A stretch of DNA of 64,000 bases from Raja brachyura (taxonomy: Eukaryota): contig OY740797.1 of the NCBI GenBank assembly GCA_963514005.1, forward strand, positions 24,986,001 through 25,050,000. The letters run 5' to 3'. The notes under the pieces were generated by a model that worked only from the letters and a program-made list of their open reading frames with translations, did not search any database and was not told the origin of the DNA. The position numbers and the translations under genes are program-made. Below are positions 27,911 to 41,480 of the stretch, piece by piece (position 1 is the stretch's first letter; each line of letters opens with the position of its first letter).

Positions 27911-28092
27911 TGTCGTCCAACAGTTTGGGAAAAGCGTGGCAGAAACAACGTGGTTTAAGCCTTCATACATATGTAGTGAAGCCGTATGTAGTGAAATTCT
28001 ACCGTGCAATTATCACATGATATTACGTTCTTTGCGTGCTCAAAAACACCATGTCGCACGGCCATTGATCGCTATTATTTTTTTCCGAGCAG

Positions 28093-28136
28093 GTGCAAAG
28101 AAGCGTACAGTAAATACAAATCGGACACAAAGTTGG
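28093..28136 (+). CDS. Gene B exon 5: juxtamembrane cytoplasmic exon (GAKKRTVNTNRTQSW)
   Basis: T-rich tract then gcAG acceptor, G|GTAAGG donor. In frame with the TM exon and supplies a basic stop-transfer KKR. Confidence 0.7.
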
Positions 28137-28399
28137 GTAAGGCTAATTTAATAAATGACTATTCCATTTGTGAAAGTAGAGACAGGATTGTGCTTTTGTT
28201 GAAACCAATCCGTTTTAATAAGGACCACGTCTTATTCTGTTTGAACGTATGCCCAATCCGTGAACTTCACCCACTGTATCACAAAGGAGGACATAAAGAA
28301 CAATACAAGATGCATTTACAGGAGTTCGCATTTCTTATAAATGTCATATATATTGTTTACACCAGGTGTGGTGAAAGGAATATTTTCATTGTACCTTAC

Positions 28400-29830
28400 T
28401 GTTTCTTGTCCAGCCACAGGCGAGATTCCGGAGTACTGGAGAGTGGCCATGTTGTTCATTTGTTTAAGAAGGGAAGTAGAGGGAATCCAAGTCTCAACCA
28501 GTTGGATCTAAATATAGGTCGGTTGAACACACGTTAGTGGTTAGGAACCGATTGGAAAGACTTCTTCAAGAGAGGATCTACTGACATTGGAAAGAGAATG
28601 GACGATTAGCGATAGCCAGCACGACCTAACACGTTTTACTGATTGTTCTGAACAGATGACAAAGGAGATTGATGCCGACAGGGCAGTAGCTGCTACAAAC
28701 TCGAATTTTAGGAAAGCTTAAGATAAAGTCCCTCTTGACATATCTTGATCTTGATATCAAAAGATCAAGATCACGATATACAGGATATTCTGTAACTTGG
28801 TGATATTAATTCAGAACTGGCGTCTTCAGAGCGACAGAGGTTTGTCGGATGATCTGCCTGAAGGTCTGCGATCAGTGGAATTCCACACGGACCTCTGTTA
28901 TTTGTGATATATATAAATGACGTAGACATAAATCGAGATGGATTGTTGAGTAAATTTGCAGAACAACAGAACAGGAGGAGTTGCAGACAGCGAGGAGGGC
29001 TGTCGGAAGATACAGAGGGTTATAGATCATCGATAGAAGTGGGTGGAGAAATGGCAGGCGGAGCATGATGGAGTATAACCCGAGCAGTCTGAGCTGTTGC
29101 ACTTTTGGATGGCGCATGTAAGGATAATGTCAAGATGTTAAAGTGAATTGATGTGCAGGGAGGTCATGGAGTCCAAGTTCATAGCTCACTGAGGGCAGCA
29201 TGAAGAGGAAGACTAGTAAAGATGGCGAATTATGTGTTTGCCTTAATTGCTAGGGAATTGAATACAAGAGTAAAGAAACCATGATACAGCTCTTTAGTTA
29301 AGCCCCATTAGTAGTTTTCCGTGCGGTTCTGGTCGTCTAATTATAGAAAGCCTATGGGGAGGATGCAGAAGAGGTTTACCAGATGCGCTTGGATTAGAGA
29401 GGTGCAAGTGAATGAAAGGGTTGTATAAACTTGGATTGTTTTCACTGAAAATTCGGAGAATTAGGGCAGCATTAGTACAGTAAAAGGTATAGATAGGGTA
29501 GACCGTCAGAACCTTTTCCACAGAATAGAAATGCCCAATGCTAGAGGGCATAGCTATAAGGTGTGTGGGAGAAAGTTTGGTGGATGTATACGGGGTAGGT
29601 TCTTTACATGGCGATTGTTGTTTGCCTGGAAGGCATTACCAGGTGCGGTGGTGGAGGCAGACACGATAGTGGCCTTTAAGAGGCGTTTAGATGGACACAT
29701 GCTCCTGCAATGAATAAGAGGATATGGATCATATACAGATAGATGAGATCAGTTTAACATGGCATCGTGTTCAGCACAAACATTTTGGGCTGAAGGGTGC
29801 GTTCCTATGCTGTACCTGACTATGTTCTAT
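28400..29830 (+). mobile_element. Old degenerate CR1 LINE (intronic)
   Basis: VVHLFKKG, SKFA and GRFFT..AW..LP remnants and a CR1-like 3' UTR. Confidence 0.75.
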
Positions 29831-30034
29831 GTTATGTGCAGTTATCATTTTGATCTGTCCAGTTGGGACTGTTTGCCCCACAGTCGATTAGACTCAGGAA
29901 ATTGGTCTTCGTGCGAGAAGTCATTCGAGACAAAACAAGAAATAATTGTCCCTCGTATATTCCTGCCAGCGCATTCCGAGCGAAAGCTTCATTTGTAGTA
30001 TAACTAATCTTAAAATAAGTTAATTAACTTACAG

Positions 30035-30150
30035 AAAGAAGATGAGAACGTTAGCCGCAATTCGATGCACGCCCATTGGGATCTTGTCCGCAGCAAAGAA
30101 TAAGGGAAACCTGAAGAGCACGTTGAGAGCCCTGCGTATGCAAAGCTAAA
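30035..30150 (+). other. Gene B candidate cytoplasmic exon with an in-frame stop
   Basis: cttacAG acceptor, AA|GTACGT donor. Phase-0 reading is KEDENVSRNSMHAHWDLVRSKE*GKPEEHVESPAYAKL (TAA at 30101). Confidence 0.45.
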
Positions 30151-30257
30151 GTACGTTTCACGCTTTTACTCCACACATCTGAGAATACAGATAGGTCTTA
30201 CTCGGAGAAATGTGTCGTTTTCTTGTCCAATTAACAATAGCAAACATTTGTGCACAG

Positions 30258-30389
30258 AACGCAATTATGGCTGCTGCTGATAACGAACTGACATACGCTT
30301 CCTTGAACACGTCAAGCTCCAAAAATAAATTGAAACGGCAACACGAAGAAATAAGTGTAATATATAGCGGGGTGAAATATAACAACTAA
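30258..30389 (+). CDS. Gene B terminal exon with tandem ITIMs (LTYASL, VIYSGV)
   Basis: Reads NAIMAAADNELTYASLNTSSSKNKLKRQHEEISVIYSGVKYNN*. In frame from exon 5 via the AG at 30256-57, or from the TM exon via the AG at 30239-40. Confidence 0.75.
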   Translation, partial: NAIMAAADNELTYASLNTSSSKNKLKRQHEEISVIYSGVKYNN

Positions 30390-31429
30390 ATTCAACGGGC
30401 TATATGGAAGTGAATCGAAAATGTATCAGTTACTCTGGAAATGAATTATTCGTTAATTTGATTATATTCATAGAGTCCCAGAATCATAGCATCATTGTGT
30501 CATGCAACATAGAAACAGGCCCTTGGGCCAAACTGCATGCCGTCCAATGTGCCCCAATAGTCACACCTAACCGCGTTTGGCCCATATCCCTCTAAACGTT
30601 CCCTATATATGTACCTACCCAAATATCCTATACATGCTGTTATAGTATCTGACACAGCTCGTTGCAGACACCCGCTGTGTGAAAACAGTATCCGTCAGTT
30701 TTTTTTAAATTGAATCTCTCTCCTCTCACCTTCAACATATGTATTTTAGTTTTACATTCCCGTACTATGGGTAAAATGCTCTGTGCATTCGTCCTATCTA
30801 TTCACAAAATGTAATTCTTCACTTTCATTGCCGCGGGCCTACTTTTTAATGTACTGTGAAGTTATAATAGGCACGTTTACTTCTTAGTTGAGGGGGCTCA
30901 CTTATAATTGTTCTTAGACCATCTAATTGTTATTACAATTCCATTATTCCCTATTAATTATGTTTACCTTCACATGCGTGAATTGGCATTCCAAATTCCA
31001 GTTATTGCTTTATTATGAAGTTTGGTGCATGTGGTTATCAATTGATTATTTTCTTTCACAACAAATAATTAATTCAAGATTCCGATTTAGTTAATGTTAG
31101 TGAATTCGATATTTTATACATCCATAATGCCTCAATCGCATGACTTCAAATGTTAAGCATTTTTATTTCATTGGATTACTCTCGTCAACCTGACAGCACG
31201 TGCAAATTTCGCGCCGTGATATTAGAGACACCCTTATCACCTTCTCGTTTGATCCATCAATAAGCTAAGGAATTTTCGGCACCAGGTGTCCTTAGTTCCC
31301 CATTGCAGACCTCTTAGATATCTAATTGAATATGGTGAAATACTCTGGGGCTCAATTCGCTTTGCAACCATTAGGCCTTTTTGTTGTTGCAGGGGTGGGC
31401 TTATAATCATTTGGCCGTGAACGTCGTTT

Positions 31430-34400
31430 AACCATATAACCATATAACAATTACAGCACGGAAACAGGCCCTCTCGGCCCTTCCAGTCTGTGCCGACCAT
31501 TTATTTTTGCCCTAGACCCATCTACCTGCACTCAGACCATACCCCTCCGTTCCCTTCCCGTCCATATACCTATCCACTTTACTTTTAAATGTTAAAATCG
31601 ATCCTGCCTCCACCACTTCTACTGGAAGCTCATTCCACACAGCCACCACTCTCTGAGTAAAGAAGTTCCCCCTCATGTTACCCCTAAACGTCTGTCCCTT
31701 AATTCTCATGTCATGCCCTGTTGTTTGAATCGTCCCTACCCTCAATGGGAAAAGCTTATCCACGTCAACTCTGTCTATCCCTTTCATCATTTTAAAGACC
31801 TCAATCAAGTCCCCCCTTAATCTTCTGCGCTCCAAAGAATAAAGACCTAACTTATTCAACCTTTCTCTGTAACTTAGTTGCTGGAACCCAGGCAACATTC
31901 TAGTAAATCTCCTCTGTACTCTCTCTATTTTGTTGACATCCTTCCTATAATTAGGCGACCAAAATTGTACACCATACTCCAGAATTGGTCTTGCCAATGC
32001 TTTGTACAATTTTAACATTACTTCCCTACTCCTATGTTCAATGCTCTGATTTATAAAGGCCAGCACACCAAAAGCTTTATTTACTACCCTATCTACATGC
32101 GATTCCACCTTCAGGGAACTATGCACAGTTATTCCTAGATACCTCTGTTCCACAGCATTCCTCAATTCCCTACCATTTACCATGCACGTCCTATTTTGAT
32201 TTGTCCTGCCAAGATGTAGCACTTCACACTTATCAGCATTAAACTCCATCTGCCATCTTTCAGCCCACTTTTTAAATGGCCCAAATCTCTCTGTAGACTT
32301 TGAAAATCTACTTCATTATCCACAACAGTATCATCTGCATACTTACTTATCCAATTTTCCACCCCACCATCCAGATCATTGATGTACATGACAAACAACA
32401 GTGGACCCAACACAGATCCCTGAAGCACCCCACTGGTCACCGGCTTCCAACCTGACAAACAGCCATCCACCATTACTCTCTGAAATCTCCCATTTAGCCA
32501 CTGTTGAACCCATCTTGCTACTCCGCCATTAACACCCAAAGATTGAACCTTCTTAACCAACCTTCCATGGGGAACCTTGTCAAAGGCCTTACTGAAATCC
32601 ATATAGACAACATCCACTGCTTTACCCTCATCAATTTCCCTGGTAACCTCTTCAAAAAATTCAAGAAGGTTTGTCAAACATGACCTTCCAGGCACAAATC
32701 CATGTTGACTGTTCCTGATCAGACCCTGTTTATCCAGATGCTTATATATATATTATCTCTAAGTATCCTTTCCATTAATTTGCCCACCACTGATGTCAAG
32801 CTAACCGGTCTATAATTGCTAGATTTATTCTTTGAACCCTTTTTAAACAATGGAACAACATGCGCAGTACGCCAATCCTCCGGCACTATTCCCGTTTCTA
32901 ATGACATTTGAAATATTTGTGTCATAGCTCCTGCTATTTCTACACTTACTTCCCTCAATGTCCTAGGGAATATCATGTCAGGACCTGGAGACTTATCCAC
33001 TTTTATATTTTTCAAAAGTGTCAGTACTTCCTCCTCTTTGAATCTCATAGTTTCCATAGCTACTCTACTTTTTTCCCTTACCTCACAGAGTTCAATATCC
33101 TTCTCCTTGGTGAATACCGAAGAAAATAAATTGTTCAATATCTCCCCCATCTCTTTTGGCTCTGCAGATATCTGTCCATTCTGGCTCTCTAATGGTCCAA
33201 TTTTATCCCTCGTCATCCTTTTGCTGTTAATATAGCTGTAGAAACCCTTTGGATTTACTTTCACCTTTCTTGCCAAAGCAACCTCATATCTTCTTTTCGC
33301 CGTTGTAATTTATTTCTTAAGATTCTTTTTACATTCTTATACTCCTCTAGCATCTCATTTACCCCATGCCTCCTATAATTATTGTAGATATCTCTCTTTT
33401 TTCGAACCGTGTCCAATTTCCTTTGAAAACCATGCCTCTTTCCAATTTTTACTATTTCCTTTCAACCGACCAGTGACATACAGATTCTGTACTCTTACAA
33501 TTTCCCCTTTAAATGTCCTCCATTTCTCTTCTACATCCTTCCCATAAAACAAAATGTCCCAATTCACTCCTTTTAAATCCTTACGCATTCCCTCAAAGTT
33601 AGCCTTTCTCCAATCAAAAATCTCAATCCTAGGTCCAGTTCTGACTCTCTCCATAATTATATTGAAGCTAATGGTATTGTGATCACTGGTCCCGATGTGC
33701 TCACCAACGCATACCTCCATCACCTGACCTGACTCATTTCCTAACAGGAGGTCCAGCACTACCCCTTCTCTGGTCGATACCTCTATGTATTGCTGCAAAA
33801 AACTATCCTGCACACATTTTACAAACTCCAAACCATCCAGCCCATTTACAGAATGTGTTTCCCAGTCTATTTTTGGAAATTTGAAATCTCCCACAATCAC
33901 TACCTTGTGCTTACTACTAATATCTGCTATCTCCTTACATATTTGCTCTTCCAATTCTCGCTCCCCATTTGGAGATCTATAATACACCCCTAAAAGTGTT
34001 GCTACACCGTTCCCGCTTCTCAGTTCCACCCAAATAGCCTCCCTAGACGAGCCCTCTAATCTATCCTGCCAAAGCACTGCTGTAATATCTTCTCTGACAA
34101 GCAATGCAACACCTCCACCTCTGGTCCCTCCAATTCTATCACACCTGAAGCAACGAAATCGTGGAATATTTAGTTTCCAATCACAGCCCTCCAGCAACCG
34201 TGTTTCACTGATAGCCACAACATCATATCTCCAGGTGTCAATCCAGGCTCTAAGTTCATCCACCTTTCTTACAATGCTCCTAGCATTAAAATATACACAT
34301 TTTAGAACCCCACCATCCCTTATTCTCTGTTTATTATATGTTTCCTCTTTCTCGCATACATTTTGGGTCCGAGTGTTTCCCTTCTCTGCCTCTTGCCCCA

Positions 34401-34560
34401 CTCCCTGTCCCCTAGCCCCCTCTACCCGAGTCCCTCCCCCCAGCCTTTCTAGTTTAAAATCTCCCCAGTAGCCTTTGCAAATCTCCCTGCCAGGATATTG
34501 GTCCCCCTCGGCTTCAAGTGCAACCCATCCTTTTTGCACAGATCATGCCTTCCCCAAAGT
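31430..34560 (-). mobile_element. Near-complete CR1 ORF2 (APE endonuclease + RT), frameshifted
   Basis: YFNARSI, GGGVALL, VGDF, SDHN and full RT motifs across four ORFs; (CCATATAA)n tail at 31430-31450. Confidence 0.95.
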
Positions 34561-36759
34561 TTCTTAATGTCTTGTAGTGGAACCATACTGGTCTGTCTTC
34601 TCCATTAGAAAGATACTCAAGATTTGCAATAATCGAAAAAACTCAGCAGGTCATGCAGCAGGTGGACAAAAATGCTGGAGAAACTCAGCGGGTGAGGCAT
34701 CATCTATGGATCGAAGGAAATAGGCAACGTTTCGGGTCGAATTCACGTCAATAACATTTGTATATTTTGTTTTAAATTTAAGAAAATTTGCATATCACAT
34801 ACGATTTTAAATTATAATCATGTTGTTCCTTAGAATAGTGGAATGCATGTTAGAGGTCTGAAATATTTGGTTTTCTATTTGAATCAAACATTCTGAAATG
34901 TGCACTGTGACTTCTAAGCAATTCAAGTTTTCAGAATAAAATATTTGCTATCCTTTATCGAAACCTAATGCAGGCATTTTTCCTTGTCAATTAATCAAAA
35001 CATATATGTCACAATTATGCAGTGTGATTTGTTTTGGAGATATGATCCAGGTCAAAAGTTCACAAGAGGCATATTCACAACAAGATTATTTATGACGCTG
35101 CAAAAAACCCAACCACAATGGCCTTACCAATGGAAAAATATGAGATAACCCAGAGTTATAGACATACACAACACAAAAAGATCAATCTAATTGGCATTGA
35201 CCATCGGTTTCTTTGTCATATTCCTTCACTGAGACGATTTTTATTCCAAGTTTCAAGTCAAAGATTCTCCCCACCCACTCCCCGCCTCAATAAACAATCA
35301 CACAAACACTTTGTACTTCTGGCCACACACCGTTGATAAACTTTGAGTCAATGGATTGGTGCATACCGCAGCTAACCTGAATTAGTACGTCACTACTGTG
35401 ACTGACTTCATCAACAAGTGCACAGAATATTGTGTGCAGACAAAGACAATCTGAGTGTTCCCCAACCCGAAACCATGGATGTTTCCGGAATGTTAACGCG
35501 AGGTACATTGACAGGTCAAGGCCAGGTCTCCTGCATACAAGTCAAACGACCCCGAGCAGTACAAGAAGGCCTGCTAATAATCGCTATCAATTCATGGGAG
35601 TGACACAATTTGGGGGACGCACAATATCTTGGTGGCCGCGCGCACGTGCATGCGCGCGCACACACACACGCACACACGCGCGCACACACACACATACGAG
35701 GCTTTGGAGGCTCAACCATGGGCCCTGTGGACCAAAGATATGATCTGTGCTGTGGACGGTAACATCGGGAGCTGACCTGGTGGTGACCGACTCCGAACTC
35801 CAGCAACAGCAGCTTCGTCCGCCCTGAATCGTGGGGCTTGAATCGGCCCGTTCACGGGGCCTTTCATCGCCCGGCGCGGCTTAAAATCGGCCGGCGGGGG
35901 CTTCAACATCGGGACCCCCGATCAGCTTGATGCAGCAGTTTGATTTTAAGCCACGCCGGGTGATGAAAGGCCCCGCGAACGGGCCAATTTAGCCCTTAGA
36001 AAGCGTCTGGTACCCGCTTGAATCGATCAAAAGCTACAATGGATCACAATGTGATAAATAACACTTAAACAAATAAAACTGAAACAAATAAAGGCAAACA
36101 GAAGAATCATCCTTGGAAGGGGAAAGAGAGAAAGAGAGAGATGGCAAAAAATACTAAATAACGTGAGTGACCGTGAATGAGAGACTTACCTGCAAGCCAA
36201 CCAGGAAACGAGTTCGACCGGAGCCCTTAATGACTTGACTCATTTAAATCCGATACCCATTTAAATCTTTCCCATCCACCAATACATCCAATTAGTTCAA
36301 ATGGTAATTGTACCGGCATCAGACAGCTTTAAGAAATTCTCCGTGAATACCTTCAGTAATACTTGAAGGTCAAAGCACAATTGGTGACACATCGTTAATA
36401 CGATGTTAATAGAAACATTTAGCCAGCGCTTAACAGTGACATCCCCACTGCCTTGTGCAAAGCGGAGTTTTTCATTGATTTTTTTTCGCCAAATTTCAAA
36501 ATCCGAATTACAAAACATGTTGTCCCCCACCTACAAAACATGGGAGGGAAGTGCCCCCACCCCCAGAATTTCGGTCCATGCCTGCTATCATCTCCGCAAA
36601 GCCATCAAGGATGCCAAGAGGCAATACCGGGACAAACTTTAATCAAGGTACTCGACAAAGTGCAGACCCGCTGGGTCTGTTCTCCCCAACGCGCGGTGGG
36701 AGGGGGGGGGGGGGGGGGGCTGCGGCATCACACTCACATTAACCACCTGCCATACACAC

Positions 36760-39700
36760 AGGGAGGGAGGGGGAGACGGGAGGGGAGAGAGGGAGAGCGA
36801 GAGGAGGGGGAAAGGGGAGAGAGGGCGGAGAGAGAGGAGGGGGAGAGAGAGAGGGGGAGAGAGCGGGGAGGGGAGGCGGAGGCAAGAGTGTAGCGGGGAG
36901 AGGAGAGGAGGTGGGGGGAGAGGATGGGGAGAGAGAAGAGGCGAGAGATGAGGGGAGAGAGAGGAGGGGGTGAGAGCGGGGAGGGGAGGCGGAGGCAAGA
37001 GTGTAGCGGGGAGAGGAGAGGAGGTGGGGGAGAGGATGGGGAGAGAGAAGAGGCGAGAGATGAGGGGAGAGAGAGGAGGGGGAGTGGGGGAAAAGAGAGG
37101 GGGCAAAGGGAAGGGGTAGGGAGTGGGGAGGGGGTTGGAGGAGGGCAGAGGGGGTTGGAGCGGAAAGAGGGTTGGAGGAGGGGAGAGGTGGGGTTGGAGG
37201 AGGGGAGAAGGAGGGTGGAGGAGGGGAGATGGGTGGGGCTGAGAGGGGAGAGGGAGGGAGGAGGAGAGGGGGAGATGGAGAGGGGGCGGAGTGGGGAGGG
37301 GAAGGGGAGGGGGACAGGGGAGAAGGGAGAAAGGGGGTGGGGAGGGGGAGGGGGAGCGGGAAGGGGGAGGGGGAGAGGGGAGGGAGGACGGAGGAGGAGA
37401 TGGGGAGAGGGTGAGGAGAGGGGAGATGGAGAGGGGGGAGAGAGGAGGGGAGAGGGGTGAGGAGAGGTGTGAGGAGAGAGGGGGAGGAGAGAGGGGGAGG
37501 AGAGAGGGGGAGGAGAGGGGGGAGAGGGGGGAGGACGGATGGAGATGGGGGAGAGATTGAGTAGGGGAGGAGATGGGGAAGGGAAAGAACGGGGAGGGGG
37601 GACGGGGAGAGAGGGGTAGGGGTGGAAAAGGTTGGGGGATGTGAGAGTGGAGGGGGAGAGATTGGAGGGGGAGAGAGAGGAGGGGGAGAGAGAAGGGGAG
37701 AGGGGTGGGAGGTGGAGAGAGATTGGAGGGGAGAGAAGAGGGAGAGAGTGGTGTGGGAGAGTGGAGGGGAGAGAGAAGGGGGAGATGGAGAAGGGGAGAG
37801 GGGTGAGGGGAGAGGTGTGAGGAGAGAGGGGAGGAGAGGGGAGAGATGGGGAGGATGACGGGTGAAGATTGGGGAGAGATTTGGGAGTGGAGGAGAATGG
37901 GAAGAAAGAGAGCGGTGGATTGGGAGAGGGGAGAGCGGGGAGGGGGGAAGGGGAGAGAGGGGTAGGGGTGGGAGAGGTAGGGGAGGGGATGTGAGAGTGG
38001 TGGGGGAGGGCTGGAGGGAGCGGCTGGGGAAGGGGAGGGAGGGATAGGAGGGAGGGAGAGGGGGGGAGGGAGAGATGGGTGGGGGTGGAAGGGGAAAGAG
38101 GGATGGGGAGAGTGGGGGAGGGAGGAGGAGGGGGAGGGAGGAGGAGGGGGAGGGAGTAGTGGAGGGAGAGAGGGAGGAGATGGGGAGAGTGGAGGGGGAG
38201 AGTGCAAGGGGAGCGAGAAAAGGGGGAGAGGGGGGTAGAGAAGGGAGAGCGAGAGAACGGGGTGGGGAGAGGCAGGGGGTGGAAGGAGGGGAGGGAGGGG
38301 GGAAAAGAGATTGGAGGGGAGAAAGAGATTAGAGGGAAAGATAGAGTAGAGGGGAGAGAGAGATTAGAGGGGAGAGAGGGAGTAGAGGGGAGAGAGAGAG
38401 TAGAGGGGGATGGAGGGGGCGAGAGAGGACAGGGTGAGGGAGGGGCGGGAGGAGGGGGTGAGAGTTGGAGGGGGGAGAGAAAAGGGTGGGGAGAGGTGGA
38501 GGGGGAGAGGTGGACGGGGGAGAAGAGGAGGGGGAGAGGTGGAGGGGAGGAGGGGAGGGTGGAGATGGGGAGGAGAGGGGAGGGTGGAGAGGGGAGGAAA
38601 ATAAGAGGTGGAGGGGGAGTGGAGGGGGGTAGAGGGGAGGGGGCAGAGTGGGGGAGAGGGAGGGAGAGAGGAGGGAGGAGAGAGGGTGGTAAAGGTGGGG
38701 GGGAGGGGGGAGGTGGAGAGAGATTGGAGGGTGAAAGGAGAAGGGGAGTGGAGGGGAGAGAGAAGAGGGGAGAGNNNNNNNNNNNNNNNNNNNNNNNNNN
38801 NNNNNNNNNNNNNNNNNNNNNNNNNNNNNNNNNNNNNNNNNNNNNNNNNNNNNNNNNNNNNNNNNNNNNNNNNNNNNNNNNNNNNNNNNNNNNNNNNNNN
38901 NNNNNNNNNNNNNNNNNNNNNNNNNNNNNNGAGAGACGGTGGGAAAGAAGTGGGGAGAGAAGGGGGAGAGAGAAGGGGAGAGCGGGAAAGGCATGGGGCA
39001 TAAGGGAGGGGGAGGGGGAGGAGGAGAGTAGAGGGGAGAGAGTAGTGGAGAGAGAGAGTAGAGGGGAGAGAGTGGAGAGGAGAGAGAGAGAGAGTAGAGT
39101 GGAGAGAGAGAGAGAGAGAGTGTAGAGGGGAGAGGGGGAGAGGGGGAGGGATGGGGAGAGAGGAGGGGGTGAGAGCGGGGAGGGGAGGCGGAGGCAAGAG
39201 TGTAGCGGGGAGAGGAGAGGAGGTGGGGGGAGAGGATGGGGAGAGAGAAGAGGCGAGAGATGAGGGGAGAGAGAGGAGGGGGAGTGGGGGAAAAGAGAGG
39301 GGGGCAAAGGGAAGGGGTAGGGAGTGGGGAGGGGGTTGGAGGAGGGCAGAGGGGGTTGGAGCGGAAAGAGGGTTGGAGGAGGGGAGAGGTGGGGTTGGAG
39401 GAGGGGAGAAGGAGGGTGGAGGAGGGGAGATGGCTGGGGCTGAGAGGGGAGAGGGAGGGAGGAGGAGAGGGGGAGATGGAGAGGGGGCGGAGTGGGGAGG
39501 GGAAGGGGAGGGGGAGATGGGAGAAGGGAGAAAGGGGGTGGGGAGGGGGAGGGGGGGCGGGAAGGCAGAGGGGGAGTAGAGGGCAGGGAGGACGGAGGAG
39601 GATATGGGGAGAGGGTGAGGAGAGGGGAGATGGAGAGGGGGGAGAGAGGAGGGGAGAGGGGTGAGGAGAGGTGTGAGGAGAGAGGGGGAGGAGAGAGGGG

Positions 39701-41480
39701 AGGAGAGGGGGGAGAGGGGGGAGGACGGGGGGAGAACGGATGGAGATGGGGGAGAGATTGAGTAGGGGAGGAGATGGGGAAGGGAAAGAACGGGGAGGGG
39801 GGACGGCGAGAGAGGGGTAGGGGTTGGAAAGGTTGGGGGGATGTGAGAGTGGAGGGGGAGAGATTGGAGGGGGAGAGAGAGGAGGGGGAGAGAGAAGGGG
39901 AGAGGGTGGGAGGTGGAGAGAGATTGGAGGGGAGAGGAGAGGGAGAGAGTGGTGTGTGAGAGTGGAGGGGAGAGAGAAGGGGGAGATGGAGAAGGGGAGA
40001 GGGGTGAGGAGAGAGGTGTGAGGAGAGAGGGGAGGAGAGGGGGGAGATGGGGAGGATGACGGGTGAAGATTGGGGAGAGATTTGGGAGTGGAGGAGAATG
40101 GGAAGAAAGAGAGCGGTGGATTGGGTGAGGGGAGAGCGGGGAGGGGGGAAGGGGAGAGAGGGGTAGGGGTGGGGGAGGTAGGGGAGGGGATGTGAGAGTG
40201 GTGGGGAGGGCTGGAGGGAGCGGCTGGGGAAGGGGAGGGAGGGATAGGAGGGAGGGAGAGGGGGGAGGGAGAGATGGGTGGGGGTGGAAGGGGAAAGAGG
40301 GATGGGGAGAGTGGGGGAGGGAGGAGGAGGGGGAGGGAGGAGGAGGGGGAGGGAGTTGTGGAGGGAGAGAGGGAGGAGATGGGGAGAGTGGAGGGGGAGA
40401 GTGCAAGGGGAGCGAGAAAAGGGGGAGAGGGGGGTAGAGAAGGGAGAGCGAGAGAACGGGGTGGGGAGAGGCAGGGGGTGGAAGGAGGGGAGGGAGGGGG
40501 GAAAAGAGATTGGAGGGGAGAAAGAGATTAGAGGGAAAGATAGAGTAGAGGGGAGAGAGAGATTAGAGGGGAGAGAGGGAGTAGAGGGGAGAGAGAGAGT
40601 AGAGGGGGATGGAGGGGGCGAGAGAGGACGGTGAGGGAGGGGCGGGAGGAGGGGGTGAGAGTTGGAGGGGGGAGAGAAAAGGGTGGGGAGAGGTGGAGGG
40701 GGAGAGGTGGACGGGAGAGAAGAGGAGGGGGAGAGGTGGAGGGGAGGAGGGGAGGGTGGAGATGGGGAGGAGAGGGGAGGGTGGAGAGGGGGAGGAAAAT
40801 AAGAGGTGGAGGGGGAGTGGAGGGGGGTAGAGAGGAGGGGGCAGAGTGGGGGAGGGGGAGGGAGAGAGGAGGGAAGAGAGTGTGGTAGAGGTGGGGGGGA
40901 GGGGGGAGGTGGAGAGAGATTGGAGGGTGAAAGGAGAAGGGGAGTGGAGGGGAGAGAAGAGGGGAGAGAGGAGGAAGAGAGAGGAGGGAGAGAGAGGAGG
41001 GAGAGAGAGGAGGGGGAGAGAGGAGGGGGAGAGAGAGGGGGAGAGAGAGGGGGAGAGAGAGAGGGAGAGAGAAGGGGGAGAGAGACGGTGGGAAAGAAGT
41101 GGGGGGAGAGAGAAGGGGGAGAGCGGGAAAGGCAGGGGGCATAAGGGAGGGGGAGGAGGAGAGTAGAGGGGAGAGAGTAGTGGAGAGAGAGAGTAGAGGG
41201 GAGAGAGTGGAGAGGAGAGAGAGAGAGTAGAGTGGAGAGAGAGAGAGTGTAGAGGGGAGAGGGGGAGAGTGGGAGGGATGGGGAGAGAGGAGGGGGTGAG
41301 TGAGGGAGGGGGGGTGAGAGGGGAAGGAGAGAGAAGAGGGGGAGTTGGAGGGTGAGAGAAGAGGAAGGGGAGAAGTGGAAGGGGGAGAAGAGGAGGGGGT
41401 GGAGAAGAGGGGAGGGTGGATGCTAGAAGGGATGGAGGGGCAGGGGGAGTGGAGGGAGGTGGAGAGGGAGGGGTAAATAG
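36760..41480 (+). repeat. G/A-rich polypurine low-complexity tract with ~2.2-kb internal duplication
   Basis: Almost entirely G/A on the + strand; marker motifs recur at an offset of about 2200 (e.g. AGTGCAAGGGGAGCGAG at ~38201 and ~40400). Confidence 0.95.
38775..38930. other. Assembly gap (156 N)
   Basis: Run of n characters. Confidence 1.
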
